Translations under genes and position numbers: made by a program
Assembly: GCA_963703215.1 (NCBI GenBank)
Contig: OY969800.1
Location: forward strand, 3,522,581 to 3,586,580
Length of the DNA: 64,000 nt
Source of the DNA: an uncultured Bacteroidota bacterium
GTDB taxonomy: Bacteria > Bacteroidota > Ignavibacteria > Kryptoniales > JAKASW01
Reading direction: 5' to 3'
The notes under the pieces: model-generated
The model's input: only the letters and a program-made list of their open reading frames with translations
What the model was told of the DNA's origin: nothing
The model's database searches: none
In this document: in pieces, positions 11,034 to 23,333 of the stretch
How positions within the stretch are numbered: position 1 is the stretch's first letter
Layout: every line of letters begins with the position of its first letter

Positions 11034-12662
11034 TTACCCTGCACCGTTTGCTTCGGAGACGTCGAACTCCTTGTCCTTCGGTCTCAACTGATCGTACAGC
11101 CGCTTGAGGGATTCATAGGCACTTTGACTTCCCCGCTGCGCGCAATCGCGATAAAGCCTGACGGCTTCCGCCGTGCTCTGTTCAACGCCAATTCCCTTTT
11201 CATAGCAGTATCCAAGAGTGAGCTGTCCAATAATCGAGCCATTGTCAGAAGCAGTAGTCAATGTTCTCACGGCATTAGCAAGAGAAGTGTCCACCGGGAT
11301 TTGTTGCGCAAAGACGCCACCATAGGAATGGACTGCCAAAGTGTCGGATAGGACTTCTGCGGCGGCGAGCCGAATCTCTGCATCGCGACTTCCTTCCCTC
11401 GCAGCACGAAGCCATGCCTGCTCACCCAACAAAGTGTTTTGAGCCGTCCACTGCCCGGTGAAATAGCAACGGCCTAACTCGATCAGTGACGGAATATTAC
11501 CATGGCTGGCAGCAACGACAAGGAGATGAAAAGCTTGGTCGTTGAGAATCTTCTGGTTAAGTCCAAGCTCCACCAGGCCTGCCCACACAAATGCCGCGTC
11601 GTCGTCATTTTTTCGAGTCCTGGCTTCTACTTCATCGAGAAATGATTTTTCACGCATGAGGCTCAGAAGAAGGATCGGCGCGCGGCGCGAGTCCATTCTC
11701 GCTGCCCGAAGATACTGCTCGGCAGCAAAGATCCTGTCACGCGGGACACCAACCCCCTTCTCAAAACACCTGCCGAGCACGGTCAATGCTTCCGGGCTTC
11801 CAGCATTTGCTGCACGTTCGATCATACCGATCCCTGTGGTGTCTTCTCTGGCTTCGAAGATTTTAGATAACCCAAGCGCCTCACGGAATTCCTCGTTCCC
11901 TTCGTGGAACGCCTCCTCAAGTAGAGTCAGATCATCGATTTGAGTAGACGTATCATTTCCAAAATCCAGAAAAACCGGCTCAATATCGCTCGATGATATT
12001 GCGGATTTTTTTTCCGCCCGGGTTGATGAAGAATCATAGGAAGCCAAAGGAACACCGGCACTGTCGCCTGGAATATGAATTCCTCTCTTAACGAATTCCT
12101 GGAGGACATTGCGGGCCGGTTCATAGTTTTGATCCGCCGAGGCTTTTACGAGATGGTACGCTTTGATCCAATCACGAGGCACTGCTAAGTTGTCCGTGTA
12201 AAACAAACCCATGACAAACTGTGCTTCGGGAAGTTTATGTGCTGCGGCTAACCTGAACCAATGGTAAGCCTCGAACGGATTCCATTTCACTCCCCAGCCG
12301 TTATTGAGGAACACTCCATAATTGTATTGCGCAATCGACATGTTTTGGTCTGCGGCTTTTCCGATCCAGTATGCGGCAAGCGCCGTATCTACTGGAAAAT
12401 CTTTGCCGAGGAGGTAGCGAAGCCCAAGTTCATGCTGGGCTACAGGGTCACCATCATTGGCCTTGTGCACGAGCATGAACCCTTCCCAAAGCTGGTAATC
12501 AAGATCGGTATGTCGGATTAGTTGAAGCGAACTCAGCGGATTCGGGTCTTTGAACACTGACGATCTTGTCGAGTCCTGACTATAACCAGGAAGAGGAAGC
12601 AGAAACGATATGAATAACCAAAGCGCCAGAAAACCTTTACTGCGAAATCCCTCACTCCTCAA
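11034..12662 (-). CDS. Secreted Sel1-repeat protein
   Basis: Repeated AQ..LG..Y..G.GV..D...A..W...AA motifs; signal peptide. Confidence 0.88.
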   Translation of the reverse strand: MRSEGFRSKGFLALWLFISFLLPLPGYSQDSTRSSVFKDPNPLSSLQLIRHTDLDYQLWEGFMLVHKANDGDPVAQHELGLRYLLGKDFPVDTALAAYWIGKAADQNMSIAQYNYGVFLNNGWGVKWNPFEAYHWFRLAAAHKLPEAQFVMGLFYTDNLAVPRDWIKAYHLVKASADQNYEPARNVLQEFVKRGIHIPGDSAGVPLASYDSSSTRAEKKSAISSSDIEPVFLDFGNDTSTQIDDLTLLEEAFHEGNEEFREALGLSKIFEAREDTTGIGMIERAANAGSPEALTVLGRCFEKGVGVPRDRIFAAEQYLRAARMDSRRAPILLLSLMREKSFLDEVEARTRKNDDDAAFVWAGLVELGLNQKILNDQAFHLLVVAASHGNIPSLIELGRCYFTGQWTAQNTLLGEQAWLRAAREGSRDAEIRLAAAEVLSDTLAVHSYGGVFAQQIPVDTSLANAVRTLTTASDNGSIIGQLTLGYCYEKGIGVEQSTAEAVRLYRDCAQRGSQSAYESLKRLYDQLRPKDKEFDVSEANGAG

Positions 12663-12797
12663 GACTTTTTCCGCTCCATGATAACTTTAGACGTGTAAAT
12701 TGTAAAATGGTTAATTACAATTATTGCCTAATTATAACCGGAGGCGAGATATGATTCAATCACGAATTCGGAAAGCAAGCCTTAATGCGATTTTGTC

Positions 12798-13511
12798 TCA
12801 ATCCGAGCTCAATCTATATCCGATTCCTGATTCAGTTAGAATGATCCGAGGATTTGTCGGATCGTCTTCTATTTTCCTTCGGAGCTGCCCAACATAAACC
12901 CGCGTGTATTGGGTTTCTTCCGAAAGAGACGGCCCCCAGATTTGCTCGAGAATGTAATTGTGGGTCAGAACTCTTCCTGCATTCTTAACGAAAAGTGATA
13001 GAAGGGAATATTCAGTTGCGGTAAGCTTGACAACCTCTTTCCCTTTCCTGACAATTCTTGCCGAAAGATCAACCTGAAGATCATGCGAAGTGAAAATATT
13101 CTTCTCTTCCGGAGATTGGTGGTGCCTGACAGCAGTCCTGACGCGCGCGAGCAGCTCTCCAGTCCGAAAAGGCTTTACAAGATAATCATCCGCTCCAGCA
13201 TCGAGACAGGCGATAATATCTTTTTCAGAGCTGCGAACAGAAAGTATAAGTACCGGGACTGAAGTCCATTCCCGAATCTTCTTCAGAACTTCCAATCCGT
13301 CCATGTCAGGCAAACCCAAATCGAGGATCACGAGGTCGGGACGTTCAGAGGCAACTTTCGAGACACCTTCGTTCGCTTTCATCGCGGCGCGGACAGTATA
13401 TCCGTCCGATTCCAGAGTCAATTCGAGAAGCTTCCGGATTTGTGCTTCGTCGTCGATAACAAGGATCACAAACTTGTTCGCAGTCTCGCGTTGCCCAACT
13501 TTCTCTTTCAA
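12798..13511 (-). CDS. kdpE: KDP operon response regulator
   Basis: OmpR-type receiver + winged helix (DLGLPDMDG, LRRKIEDDP); follows kdpD. Confidence 0.9.
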   Translation of the reverse strand: MKEKVGQRETANKFVILVIDDEAQIRKLLELTLESDGYTVRAAMKANEGVSKVASERPDLVILDLGLPDMDGLEVLKKIREWTSVPVLILSVRSSEKDIIACLDAGADDYLVKPFRTGELLARVRTAVRHHQSPEEKNIFTSHDLQVDLSARIVRKGKEVVKLTATEYSLLSLFVKNAGRVLTHNYILEQIWGPSLSEETQYTRVYVGQLRRKIEDDPTNPRIILTESGIGYRLSSD

Positions 13512-16215
13512 GCAGACTTCTCCTCATTAAGAATTCTTTCGGATTTGCCGCGGCTTTCAGCATCCATTGGCAGATAGATTATGAATTCCGCGCCGCCCTC
13601 CGGTCTGTTTCTCACAGTAATCTTACCATGGTGGGCTTCGACGAAACCTCTTGCGATAGTAAGTCCGAGTCCGGTGCCACCTGGCCTGCCATTTGCGGCC
13701 CGGTAAAATTTCTCGAAGACTTTCTCCGTATCTTCCTCAGGAAGGCCTGGTCCATTGTCCACTACGGAGATGGCACACTTATTTTCTTCCAGATAACTCT
13801 TTATCGTGACCTCTGTTCCTTTCGGTGTGTAGAGCACGGCATTGTGAATGAGGTTCGTCAGCGCCTGCTCTATTAGAACAAAGTCCAGCTTCAGAAGCGG
13901 CACATCGTCTTCGACTTTCACACCAATCACATGCTCGACAAGTTCTCCTTCAAGACTTTTCAACGATTGATTTATTATATCCCTGAACGTCGCACCAATC
14001 TAACCTCGGTTTTATCATTCCAGACTCCAGCCGGGTCATATCGAGCAAGTTGGCAACGAGCCTGTTCAATCGTTCCGCCGCAATATGAATTTCGTTAAGG
14101 TTATTTGTTTCGGATTCCTGGTGACGTGTGGGCGAATCGGATGAAAGAAGGTTCTCCGACATCCCCATGATCGTTGCTATAGGTGTCCTGAATTCATGAG
14201 AGATGGAGTTGAAAAGAGTCTTGTAAAGTCGCTCCGATTCGGCAAGCACAATCGATTTCTTGTTCACTTCGTTGAGCAGTTCACGCTCAATTGCTGAAGT
14301 GATCTGCGAAATAAAATTTTCGAGAAGAGATTCCTGGTCAAGGGAGAGGCTTGCGTCATTCCGAAATTTTACTCCTATCACACCCAAGGGGTATCGTGGT
14401 CCGGACATCGGAATATAAGTAGCCTGTGACGACGGCAAGGTATCTGTGTTTTTGCCGGCCCGTTTCTCGTTCCAATAAGACCATTCCGCAACGCCCATCT
14501 CTTTAGCGTCGGGAGAAAAAGTGCTGGCACTATGAGCGGTTCGGGAAATTTCACCTTCTGTGTCGCCGAGAATTATCGCTACGTCTGCATTGAAATATTT
14601 TTTCAAGTTTGAGATCGCAGCTTGAATGACCTCGTCCTGCGAATGTGCGGATGAAAGATCTTTCGTAAGAGAAAACAAAGCCGAGGTTCTCTCCTCCCTC
14701 AGCTGAAGAAGCTTCTCTCTCTTTCGTACGCGCGCGGAGAGAACACCGGTAACTGACGCGACGAGGAAGTATAAGCTGAGCAAAAGGACGTTCTTCAAGA
14801 TTCCCAACGAAGAAAGTGAATCGAGGCGGTATGAAGAAAAAGTCCCATGCGACTGCGCCGACCGCCGCACCGAGAAGCGTCGGCCCTGGCCCCATCCTCA
14901 AAGGAAGAAGCGAGACGGCGAGAAGAATGATAAATGATACGGTCCTGTATCCGATGAATGGCGTAATGGGATAACACAAAAGCGCTGTCAAAAGAACCAG
15001 GGCGCCTGCGGCTGCATATTGTGCCAAACTCGACTGAAGCCCGGGAAAGAGCATCCTTCTGACTCTCTTTCCTTGATCCCCTTCCTGACCGACTATGTAT
15101 ATGTCGAGCCCTTTGCTTTTCTGAATAAGTTCATCGACAAGACGCGCAGCCCGCGAGAACATCCTTCTATCGGGTTTTCCGACAAGCATTAAGCTCGCAT
15201 TCTGTTCATGGGCCACGCGCACGAGAGCACCGGCGATATTTTCATCCAAGGTGGTAACCACCTCAGCACCAAGCTCCTTTGCGAGCTTCATGTTCTTTGC
15301 AAGCTGTTCTTTTTCTTCCGTGCTAAGTCTCGTCGAGCGCTCGACATAAACGACAACCCACGAAGCATCCATGGTGTATGATACTCTTCGAGCCCAGCGA
15401 ATGACCGAGACTGAATGGGGACTTGGGCTTATAGCGGCAATCAGACGCTGCCCCGATTTCCACGGTCCGGCAATTCTTTTTCCCTGCATGTACTCGCGAA
15501 GCTCGCGGTCCACTCTCTCTGCAGTAAGACGCAGGGACATTTCTCGAAGTGCCGCCAGGTTTCCTTCCCTGAAGAAATTTGCGATGGCCTGCCTGGATCG
15601 ATCGGGAGTGTAGACCTTTCCTTCGCTAAGTCGCCTCAGCAAATCTTCGGGCGAAATATCGATCACCTTGATCTCATCCGCGGATTCGAAAATCGAGTCT
15701 GGGACTGTCTCTCTAATGGTTGTACCGGTAATTTGCGCTACGGCATCGGCCCGGCTCTCGAGATGCTGGACGTTCAACGTAGTATAGACGTCGATTCCCG
15801 CTTCTAATATTTCGAGGACATCCTGAAACCTTTTTGCATGACGGCTTCCCGGCACATTCGTGTGGGCAAGCTCGTCAACAAGAACCAATCTGGGTTTTCT
15901 TTCGAGGACCGCATCGGTGTCCATTTCTTCGAGAAGTGTACCACGGTATTCAACTTGCTTCCTCGGAACTACTTCGAGGCCGAGAACAAGTTCAGCCGTC
16001 TCCATCCGCTTATGAGTTTCAACGTAACCGATGACGGCATCTATCCCCTTGGCGACCATGTCCCGTGCCTCGCTTAACATAGCGTACGTCTTCCCGACCC
16101 CTGCACACATTCCGAAAAATATTTTCAGCTTTCCCTTTTCACTGCGTTCTTCTTCTTTTCTTATGAGATTAAGAAGGGTATCGGGGTCAGGGCGTGAAAA
16201 GTCTCTTTCTGGCAT
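13508..16215 (-). CDS. kdpD: Sensor histidine kinase KdpD (two apparent +1 frameshifts, about 14790 and 13988)
   Basis: GKLKIFFGMCAGVGKTY, VDELAH, Usp domain, TM, GAF, SISHEFRTP, HATPase spread over three overlapping ORFs. Confidence 0.9.
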
Positions 16216-16286
16216 GATGGTAACAATTTAATCACATCGAATGAAGAATTCGAATCGCAAACAGCCCGTCTTTGACATTGCAAGAA

Positions 16287-18041
16287 CTAAAGCGCCCCAA
16301 ATACAACGATCAACACGTCAATCAATTTTACAAACATTAATGGCATTATTAATCCGACAAGCCCAGATATCGGGACATTAAAGTTGGATAATCTGCGCTT
16401 TCCAGGAGGGTAGGCATCGACAGAGCCAAAGATAAGAAATGTGAAAAGGATCAAAACAAGTGCATCAAAGATGAGGATCCCAAAGATCGCTGTCTGCGGA
16501 GACGCTAGTCGGAGGAAATTGAGCGAGCGGAAAAATCCCGGAGCTTCTCCGGTGCCATACGATACTGCAATAATTGGGAAGAGCGCAATCAAGCTGAGAG
16601 AAACCGTCGCGCCTGTCCCGAACCTCATCAGGATCTTCTGTGCTCTATTTAGTCGTTTTCCGGTCTCGATGACTTCGACCAGTCTGCTCGGCCTGCCATT
16701 CAATTCCATGATGTTCCGTGCATCAATCGGTTTTTGCAGAACACCATCAACGATGAATCCAACATTAGCGTGCGCCATGGCATGGCCGTCCATATTCCTG
16801 TCTCCAACCACGGCCACCTCATGACCCGAATTCTGTTCACTGTGGATCCGCGCCGTCTTGTCTTCAGGCACCGAACATATGATGTAGTCGTCAATCCCAG
16901 CTTCCGCCGCTACCGACGCTGCTGACGATTGGCTTGCATCAGATGACATAACCGTCTTTATTCCCATTCCGCGGAATTTGTTCGAAGGGAAAGTCCCTAT
17001 TGAGTCAGATGTCTCGTCCTCGCCGGAAATATCGCTGTTCATGTTACCGATACTTAAGACGTTCCATTTTGTCAATTGCTTATCGAAGTTCAAGACTTCC
17101 CTTTCGTCTAACATCAACACTTCAATTTGTCCCGCGGATTCGACGGCGCCGATATGAGAAGGAACAATCTTCTTCCGAAGCAGGCGGCCCACAGCTGTTA
17201 GGCCTGAGATGTTCAGGAGTTCTGCGGCTGCCAACGGGAACACACAAATCCAAAGCGCAACCATGGCTGGCAATTTCAGCCACAAGTCCGAAAATCCATT
17301 TCGACTTCCCGATCCGTACCGAGCAAAAAAAGGAAGCGAGATGACCAAAATGGAGAGCCCGACGACAAGGAACCAGAGCGGAACCGCCATCGCCTTTTCG
17401 TCCGGTGTCGGATGATATTTGATTTCGTCTATAGAAGCAGTCATACGGTCATGGAGAGTCCTGCCATACGCGGCTGTCACTCGAACGACAATGCGGCCGC
17501 CTAATACGGTCGTGTTACCACAAACGATATTTTGATCGCGGTTACTTTCACGCACGACCGGCGGAGATTGGCCGGTTATCGCGGATTCATCTACGAGGGC
17601 TGTACCCTGTACGACTACTCCATCCGCCGGAATTACTTCGCCGATTTCACACAGCACAAGATCATTCTCGCGAAGGCTCTGGGGAGATACGAAGTGTTCC
17701 ACGCCATTGTCAAGCTTTCGTACTTTTACAACTGACGAATTCTTGCCATCAACCTGATCTTGAATTTTAGATCGCGCTCTGACAAAAGATTCGGCTAAGA
17801 TGGCGATAAAAAAAGTGAACCAGAGCATTAACACGATGCATTCATTGAATTCCGTCGGAGGTGTCATTCTAGCAAGTATGGCAAGCGTCGATAAAGCTGC
17901 CCCAACAAACATCATAATCATGATTGGATTTGCCAAGACATTCTTTGGCCTGCATCTTATGACGAACTCCCTGCTAAGCTGTGCCAGGATGTGCCGCCAG
18001 CTATTGTCAGTGGTCGCGATCCGTGTTGGATTCAAGTTCAT
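16287..18041 (-). CDS. Degenerate KdpB paralog (probably ATPase-dead)
   Basis: KdpB-like N-terminus, A-domain [15 protein letters not shown] replaced by DEREV, N-domain largely deleted, GDGTND replaced by GDRNMD, KdpB-like C-terminus (VKLIDVLI). Confidence 0.75.
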   Translation of the reverse strand: MNLNPTRIATTDNSWRHILAQLSREFVIRCRPKNVLANPIMIMMFVGAALSTLAILARMTPPTEFNECIVLMLWFTFFIAILAESFVRARSKIQDQVDGKNSSVVKVRKLDNGVEHFVSPQSLRENDLVLCEIGEVIPADGVVVQGTALVDESAITGQSPPVVRESNRDQNIVCGNTTVLGGRIVVRVTAAYGRTLHDRMTASIDEIKYHPTPDEKAMAVPLWFLVVGLSILVISLPFFARYGSGSRNGFSDLWLKLPAMVALWICVFPLAAAELLNISGLTAVGRLLRKKIVPSHIGAVESAGQIEVLMLDEREVLNFDKQLTKWNVLSIGNMNSDISGEDETSDSIGTFPSNKFRGMGIKTVMSSDASQSSAASVAAEAGIDDYIICSVPEDKTARIHSEQNSGHEVAVVGDRNMDGHAMAHANVGFIVDGVLQKPIDARNIMELNGRPSRLVEVIETGKRLNRAQKILMRFGTGATVSLSLIALFPIIAVSYGTGEAPGFFRSLNFLRLASPQTAIFGILIFDALVLILFTFLIFGSVDAYPPGKRRLSNFNVPISGLVGLIMPLMFVKLIDVLIVVFGAL

Positions 18042-18074
18042 TGCCTTTTGTCCTCCATTCTTACGGAGATACTC

Positions 18075-20175
18075 TTATACAATTCTCAGTGCAACTAACA
18101 ACAAGTCGATGAGCTTTATGCCGATGAACGGCGCAATTACTCCGCCGACACCGTAAATGAGCAAGTGTCTTCGGAGAAGGTGGACTGCACTTACCGCGCG
18201 ATACTTCACACCCTTCAGCGCCAGTGGAATCAGCGCGACTATTATGAGGGCATTAAAAATAACGGCGGACATGATGGCGCTCTCCGGTGTCGCTAGATTC
18301 ATAATATTCAGCGCGTTCAGAACCGGGTAAGTCGTTGCGAAAGCCGCAGGAATAATCGCGAAATATTTTGCAACGTCATTTGCAATGCTGAATGTCGTCA
18401 GAGTTCCACGCGTCATCAGAAGCTGTTTTCCTATCTCGACAATTTCCATCAGCTTTGTCGGGTTGCTGTCTAGGTCGATCATGTTTGCAGCTTCTCGGGC
18501 AGATTGAGTTCCCGTGTTCATCGCAACCGCGACGTCAGCTTGAGCGAGCGCCGGAGCGTCGTTTGTGCCATCACCGGTCATCGCGACGAGAACGTCCGCC
18601 TGTTTGATATTCACGGATCAGTCTGAGTTTATCCTCTGGCTTCGCTTCAGCGAGGAAATCGTCAACTCCAGCTTCAGCCGCAATCGCCGTTGCCGTCAGC
18701 GGATTATCACCCGTAATCATGACGGTTTTTATTCCCATGCTCCTCAGTTGAGCAAACCGTTCTTTGATTCCACCTTTGACGATGTCCTTCAAATGAATTA
18801 CGCCAAGAACTTCGCCATTCTCTGCTACCACTAGCGGTGTACCACCTTTGCGGCCAATATCCTGGACCATCTGTTCCACCTGTGATGGATATTTTCCATT
18901 CTGCTCCTCGACAAATTTCTTGATCGAATCCGCGGCACCCTTGCGGATACTTCTCAAAGATCTCTTGCCGTCCGTCTGGATATCCACTCCGCTCATTCGG
19001 GTCTGCGCACTGAACGGGACAAACTGCGCCGCAATCTGCTGGATGTCGCGCCCGCGCAGCGCATATTTTTCCTTCGCGAGAACGACAATCGACCTTCCTT
19101 CCGGAGTTTCATCAGCGAGCGAAGCCAACTGTGCCGCATCAGCTAAACGCTCCTGCGAGATTCCAGGGGCCGGGATGAACTCCGTCGCCATGCGATTGCC
19201 AAGCGTCACCGTTCCAGTTTTGTCCAATAGCAAAACATCGACATCGCCGGCGGCTTCAACCGCTCGGCCTGAAGTGGCAATGACATTATGGCGGATCATC
19301 CGGTCCATCCCGGCGATCCCTATGGCAGATAAAAGTCCTCCGATCGTAGTCGGAATAAGGCACACGAGAAGAGCGACAAGCACGGTCACAGTAACAGGCG
19401 TTCCCTGTCCAGCAGCTTGAACACTGAAAAGGGAATATGGAAGAAGCGTCACGCACACCATCAAAAAGATTATTGTGAATGCAGCCAATAAAATATCGAG
19501 AGCGATTTCGTTCGGCGTCTTTTGCCTTTTCGCGCCTTCGATCAAATGAATCATCTTATCGAGAAAACCTGCGCCAGGATCGGAAGTCATCCGTATGATT
19601 AGCCAATCGGAAAGGACGCGCGTTCCACCGGTTACTGCACTGCGGTCACCGCCAGATTCGCGAATCACCGGGGCGCTTTCGCCCGTTATCGCGCTCTCAT
19701 CGACCGATGCAATTCCTTCAACTACTTCACCATCTGCCGGGATTACATCGCCAGCTTCGGCAATGAAACAGTCTCCTTTATGAAGCGACGTAGAAGGAAC
19801 AAGCTGGACTTTTGCACCATGGTGCGGCTCGTGAAGAAGTTTAGCCATCGTTTGTCTGCGCGCTTTTCGCAGACTTTCCGCCTGGGCCTTTCCGCGACCT
19901 TCGGCAAGTGCTTCGGAGAAATTTGCGAAGAGTACCGTAAACCAGAGCCAGAGCGAAACAGTGCCGATATACCATGCAGGAGCCTCACCATGACCGGTAA
20001 GTGCCTGAATCCATAATCCTGTTGTGAGCACACTTCCGACTTCAACCACGAACATAACCGGGTTGCGCATCATGTTCTTCGGATTCAGTTTCAGAAACGA
20101 ATCTGAAACTGCTCTCTTAAATATTTCTCCTGTCAAACCCATTGGTTTTCTAAGCTGCGAAGATTCCGTAGTCAT
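18075..20175 (-). CDS. kdpB: K+-transporting ATPase subunit B (apparent +1 frameshift about 18592)
   Basis: TGES, DKTGT, KGA, TGDN, and [10 protein letters not shown] in the second frame. Confidence 0.93.
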
Positions 20176-20192
20176 AAATAAATTTTCCTCTT

Positions 20193-21935
20193 TCAATGTA
20201 CCATCATTAAATGTTCGACAATTGGACCGAGCGCAAGCGCGGGCAAGAAGTTAAGCGCACCAACGATCAGGATTACCGAGATCAGCCAGAATATGAACAG
20301 CGGCGTATGAGTGGGCAATGTGCCTTCACTCGGCGGGATCTTCTTTTTCCGCACGAGCGAGCCTGCAAGCGCCAATGTAGGAATAGCAAGCCAATAGCGA
20401 CAGATAAACATCGCAATAGCGCCTGTGATATTTGGAAAAGGCGCGTTGGCATTTACTCCGGCGAACGCGCTTCCATTGTTGTTGGCCTGCGAAGTATATG
20501 TATATAAGATCTCGCTGAAGCCATGTGGACCAGGATTGTCGATGATGGCTATTCCCGCGGGAACCACAACTGCAAGAGCAGTGAATACCAGCACCACGAT
20601 AGGCATTATCAAAATTAGAAGTGAAGCCATTTTCATGTCATAAGCTTCTACCTTGTGTCCTAAATATTCCGGCGTCCTTCCGACAAGAAGTCCGGCAACA
20701 AAGACGGCAACAATCACAAATACCAGCATACCGTAGAGACCGGAACCAACGCCTCCGAATACAACTTCGCCAAGATGCATTGCGATCAGTGGAATCAATC
20801 CGCCGAGCGGTGTGTATGAATCGTGCATCGAGTTTACGGAGCCATTCGACGCAGAAGTCGTCGTGACCGCCCACAGCGCTGAGTTGGCAACTCCGAACCT
20901 GACTTCTTTCCCTTCCATGTTTCCGCCGGATTGAAGAGCGCTGGCTGTCTGATCGATTCCAAGTTTATTGAGAAGCGGATTACCACTTTGTTCGGCTGGA
21001 TAACACACGAAGATCATGGCAACAAGTATAATCATCATGGCTGCGATCAAAGCCCAGCCTTGCCGCATGTCGCCGACCATCCTGCCGAACGTGAAACAGA
21101 CTGCAGCTCCAAGGAGCAGGATTGCAATCAACTCAAGAAAATTCGAAATCGGAGTGGGATTCTCATAAGGGTGTGCAGAGTTCACATTGAAAAATCCGCC
21201 GCCGTTTGTGCCAAGCTGCTTGATTGCAATCTGTGAAGCCGCTGGACCAACCGCGAGAACTTGCTCGGTAACTGCGGCCCCGCTTGTATCTGCAGTCGGC
21301 TGGACAAATTTCGCAGTCGCATAAGATGAAAATGTTTGTACCGTGCCTTGTGAGACAAGAACCAACGCAAAGACGACTGACAGCGGAAGCAGAACATAAA
21401 GGACGGTTCTTGTTAGGTCAACCCAGAAATTGCCGAGTGTTTTTGCGGAATGTCGTACAAGCCCGCGAATGAACAGGACAAGCACGGCTATTCCCGTCGC
21501 TGCAGAAAGAAAATTCTGAACTGTCAGTGCCACCATCTGCGTGAGATAGTTCATCGTGGTTTCGCCGCCATAGCCCTGCCAGTTGGTGTTCGTTGCAAAA
21601 CTGACCGCAGTATTAAACGAAGAATCTGGAGTGACCGCACCGAAGTGTTCCGGGTTCAATGGAAGAAGCTGCTGAAGACGCTGCAGCCCGTAAACTATTA
21701 CAATGCCAATCACGTTGAAGACCATCATTGCGATCGCATTCTGCTTCCAGTCCATCTCCTCATCGGGATTGATCCCAGAGACTCGATAGATAAATTTCTC
21801 CACCGGTCCGAAGATAGGATGGAGAAATGTTCTCTTTCCTTCGAATATTTTAGCCATGAATTCACCGAGCGGTTTGGCAAGAAGCACCAGTACCACTAAG
21901 TAAAGAACAATTTGAAATATGCCATTAAGTGTCAT
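20193..21935 (-). CDS. kdpA: K+-transporting ATPase subunit A
   Basis: [29 protein letters not shown] pore motifs. Confidence 0.96.
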   Translation of the reverse strand: MTLNGIFQIVLYLVVLVLLAKPLGEFMAKIFEGKRTFLHPIFGPVEKFIYRVSGINPDEEMDWKQNAIAMMVFNVIGIVIVYGLQRLQQLLPLNPEHFGAVTPDSSFNTAVSFATNTNWQGYGGETTMNYLTQMVALTVQNFLSAATGIAVLVLFIRGLVRHSAKTLGNFWVDLTRTVLYVLLPLSVVFALVLVSQGTVQTFSSYATAKFVQPTADTSGAAVTEQVLAVGPAASQIAIKQLGTNGGGFFNVNSAHPYENPTPISNFLELIAILLLGAAVCFTFGRMVGDMRQGWALIAAMMIILVAMIFVCYPAEQSGNPLLNKLGIDQTASALQSGGNMEGKEVRFGVANSALWAVTTTSASNGSVNSMHDSYTPLGGLIPLIAMHLGEVVFGGVGSGLYGMLVFVIVAVFVAGLLVGRTPEYLGHKVEAYDMKMASLLILIMPIVVLVFTALAVVVPAGIAIIDNPGPHGFSEILYTYTSQANNNGSAFAGVNANAPFPNITGAIAMFICRYWLAIPTLALAGSLVRKKKIPPSEGTLPTHTPLFIFWLISVILIVGALNFLPALALGPIVEHLMMVH

Positions 21936-22024
21936 TCGAATTTCTCCGGCTTAAGTAGTGCGATGAATAAATAGACAAACAGAGCAAGCGATATTGCGCC
22001 TGCAATCAGATAGAGCCAGTTCAT
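21932..22024 (-). CDS. kdpF: K+-transporting ATPase subunit F
   Basis: Manual translation [30 protein letters not shown]; YL..AL..PE.F signature; stop overlaps the kdpA start. Confidence 0.9.
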   Translation of the reverse strand: MNWLYLIAGAISLALFVYLFIALLKPEKFE

Positions 22025-22155
22025 GATTTTCCTCCATCCTTTTGGTTCACCACCGACGAAGATTTTGGACCTTCTGGTGGGACTTCACATATTTTCATCA
22101 ATGCCCAGGTCAGGAGAAGAAGCGCGGCTGTAATGCCTAAGTAAATTAGATCCAT
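22021..22155 (-). CDS. Small membrane peptide upstream of kdpF
   Basis: Manual translation MDLIYLGITAALLLLTWALMKICEVPPEGPKSSSVVNQKDGGKS (44 aa); stop overlaps the kdpF ATG. Confidence 0.7.
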   Translation of the reverse strand: MDLIYLGITAALLLLTWALMKICEVPPEGPKSSSVVNQKDGGKS

Positions 22156-22157
22156 TG

Positions 22158-22745
22158 TCATTTCCCCTTTCCTTGCATATCATCTAAAGTTAAGTTCAAC
22201 TTGACAACGTTGACACCGGGTTCACCGATAAATCCTAAGAATCGTCCATCAATGTTTTCGTTCACGAGATCGCGTACCTGATCCACGCTCAAGCCTCGAA
22301 CACGCGCAACTCTTGGAAGCTGGTACAGCGCGGCGGCTATACTGATATGCGGATCGAGTCCGCTACCTGAAGACGTCACGAGATCCACTGGGATGGGATT
22401 GGTATTCAGCGAGTCAACTTTTTTCAAGTCGCTGATTCTCTGGTTCACCTCAGCAATAAGCGCGGGATTCAGCGGGCCATTATTTGAGCCGGTGGATGCC
22501 GCTGCATTATACTGGTACGGACTCGTCGGCGAAAGACGGCTCCAGAAATATTTTGGATCGCTGAAAGGCTGTCCGATCAAAGTCGATCCGACGACTTTTC
22601 CGTTTTTCGTGATGAGGCTTCCATTTGCCTGCCACGGAAAAATCAATTGGGCAATTCCTGTAATTGCTAAAGGATATACCAATCCTGTCAGGACGGTAAA
22701 CAGCAAGAAACTGATTGCCGCTATTCGAAGATGTTTTAGAAACAT
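22158..22745 (-). CDS. kdpC: K+-transporting ATPase subunit C
   Basis: YPL..TGIAQ, ANGSL, LIGQ.F, YFWSR, VTSSGSGLDPHIS. Confidence 0.95.
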   Translation of the reverse strand: MFLKHLRIAAISFLLFTVLTGLVYPLAITGIAQLIFPWQANGSLITKNGKVVGSTLIGQPFSDPKYFWSRLSPTSPYQYNAAASTGSNNGPLNPALIAEVNQRISDLKKVDSLNTNPIPVDLVTSSGSGLDPHISIAAALYQLPRVARVRGLSVDQVRDLVNENIDGRFLGFIGEPGVNVVKLNLTLDDMQGKGK

Positions 22746-22877
22746 TGTTTTTGCTCTCGTTTGTGAAAGTCTATTTGTCTCATATTGACGGGTTAAATAT
22801 TGTCAATGCCCCATGGTCAAGCAATTAAGGGAGTATAAAAAGAGAGGATAAAGGTGTAAAGATTTCGTAAAGATTCT

Positions 22878-23201
22878 TTGATCGCCAGTGGTAAGTCCAT
22901 CTCGGACACCGCAAACGCGCGGCAACTGATCTCGGATTACAGCGCTTCTTTGGGCGGCAGGAACTCGACGAAAGCCGGACAGACATCCAGTAGGGAGTCT
23001 GTCGCGAAGATGTTCGCTCAGGCTGACTTTATCCTGGAGCATCAGATCGATATGGAGATGCGCTCGTTCAAGACGACTCATCCGGACTTCAGCAATGCTT
23101 ATGACGCGGCGCGGATAATTAAGGACGTCGCCGCCCATCATAAGGGAAAAGGAAACAACGGCAACGCAGGGTCTCCGAAGCCGCCGGATTCGAAACAGTA
23201 A
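22878..23201 (+). pseudogene. Probable 5'-truncated hypothetical gene
   Basis: Weak TTG start, no RBS; reads like the C-terminal part of a helical protein. Confidence 0.35.
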
Positions 23202-23333
23202 AGTAAGCAAGAGTCACGAACTGCAATCATGGCTTGCCTCCCGCCGAAGGGTGAGAGGCGGGCTTCTGAATTAGGGGATAGGAAGTCGACGTTGAGTGAT
23301 TGAATAACTGAAGACAGTGGATTATCTTTTGTC

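Noticed and set aside
13508-20196. kdpB/kdpD as true pseudogenes or programmed frameshifts
   Set aside because: No slippery sequences or other decay; all three shifts are single-base insertions in the same GACGTC motif, best explained as sequencing error (not proven)
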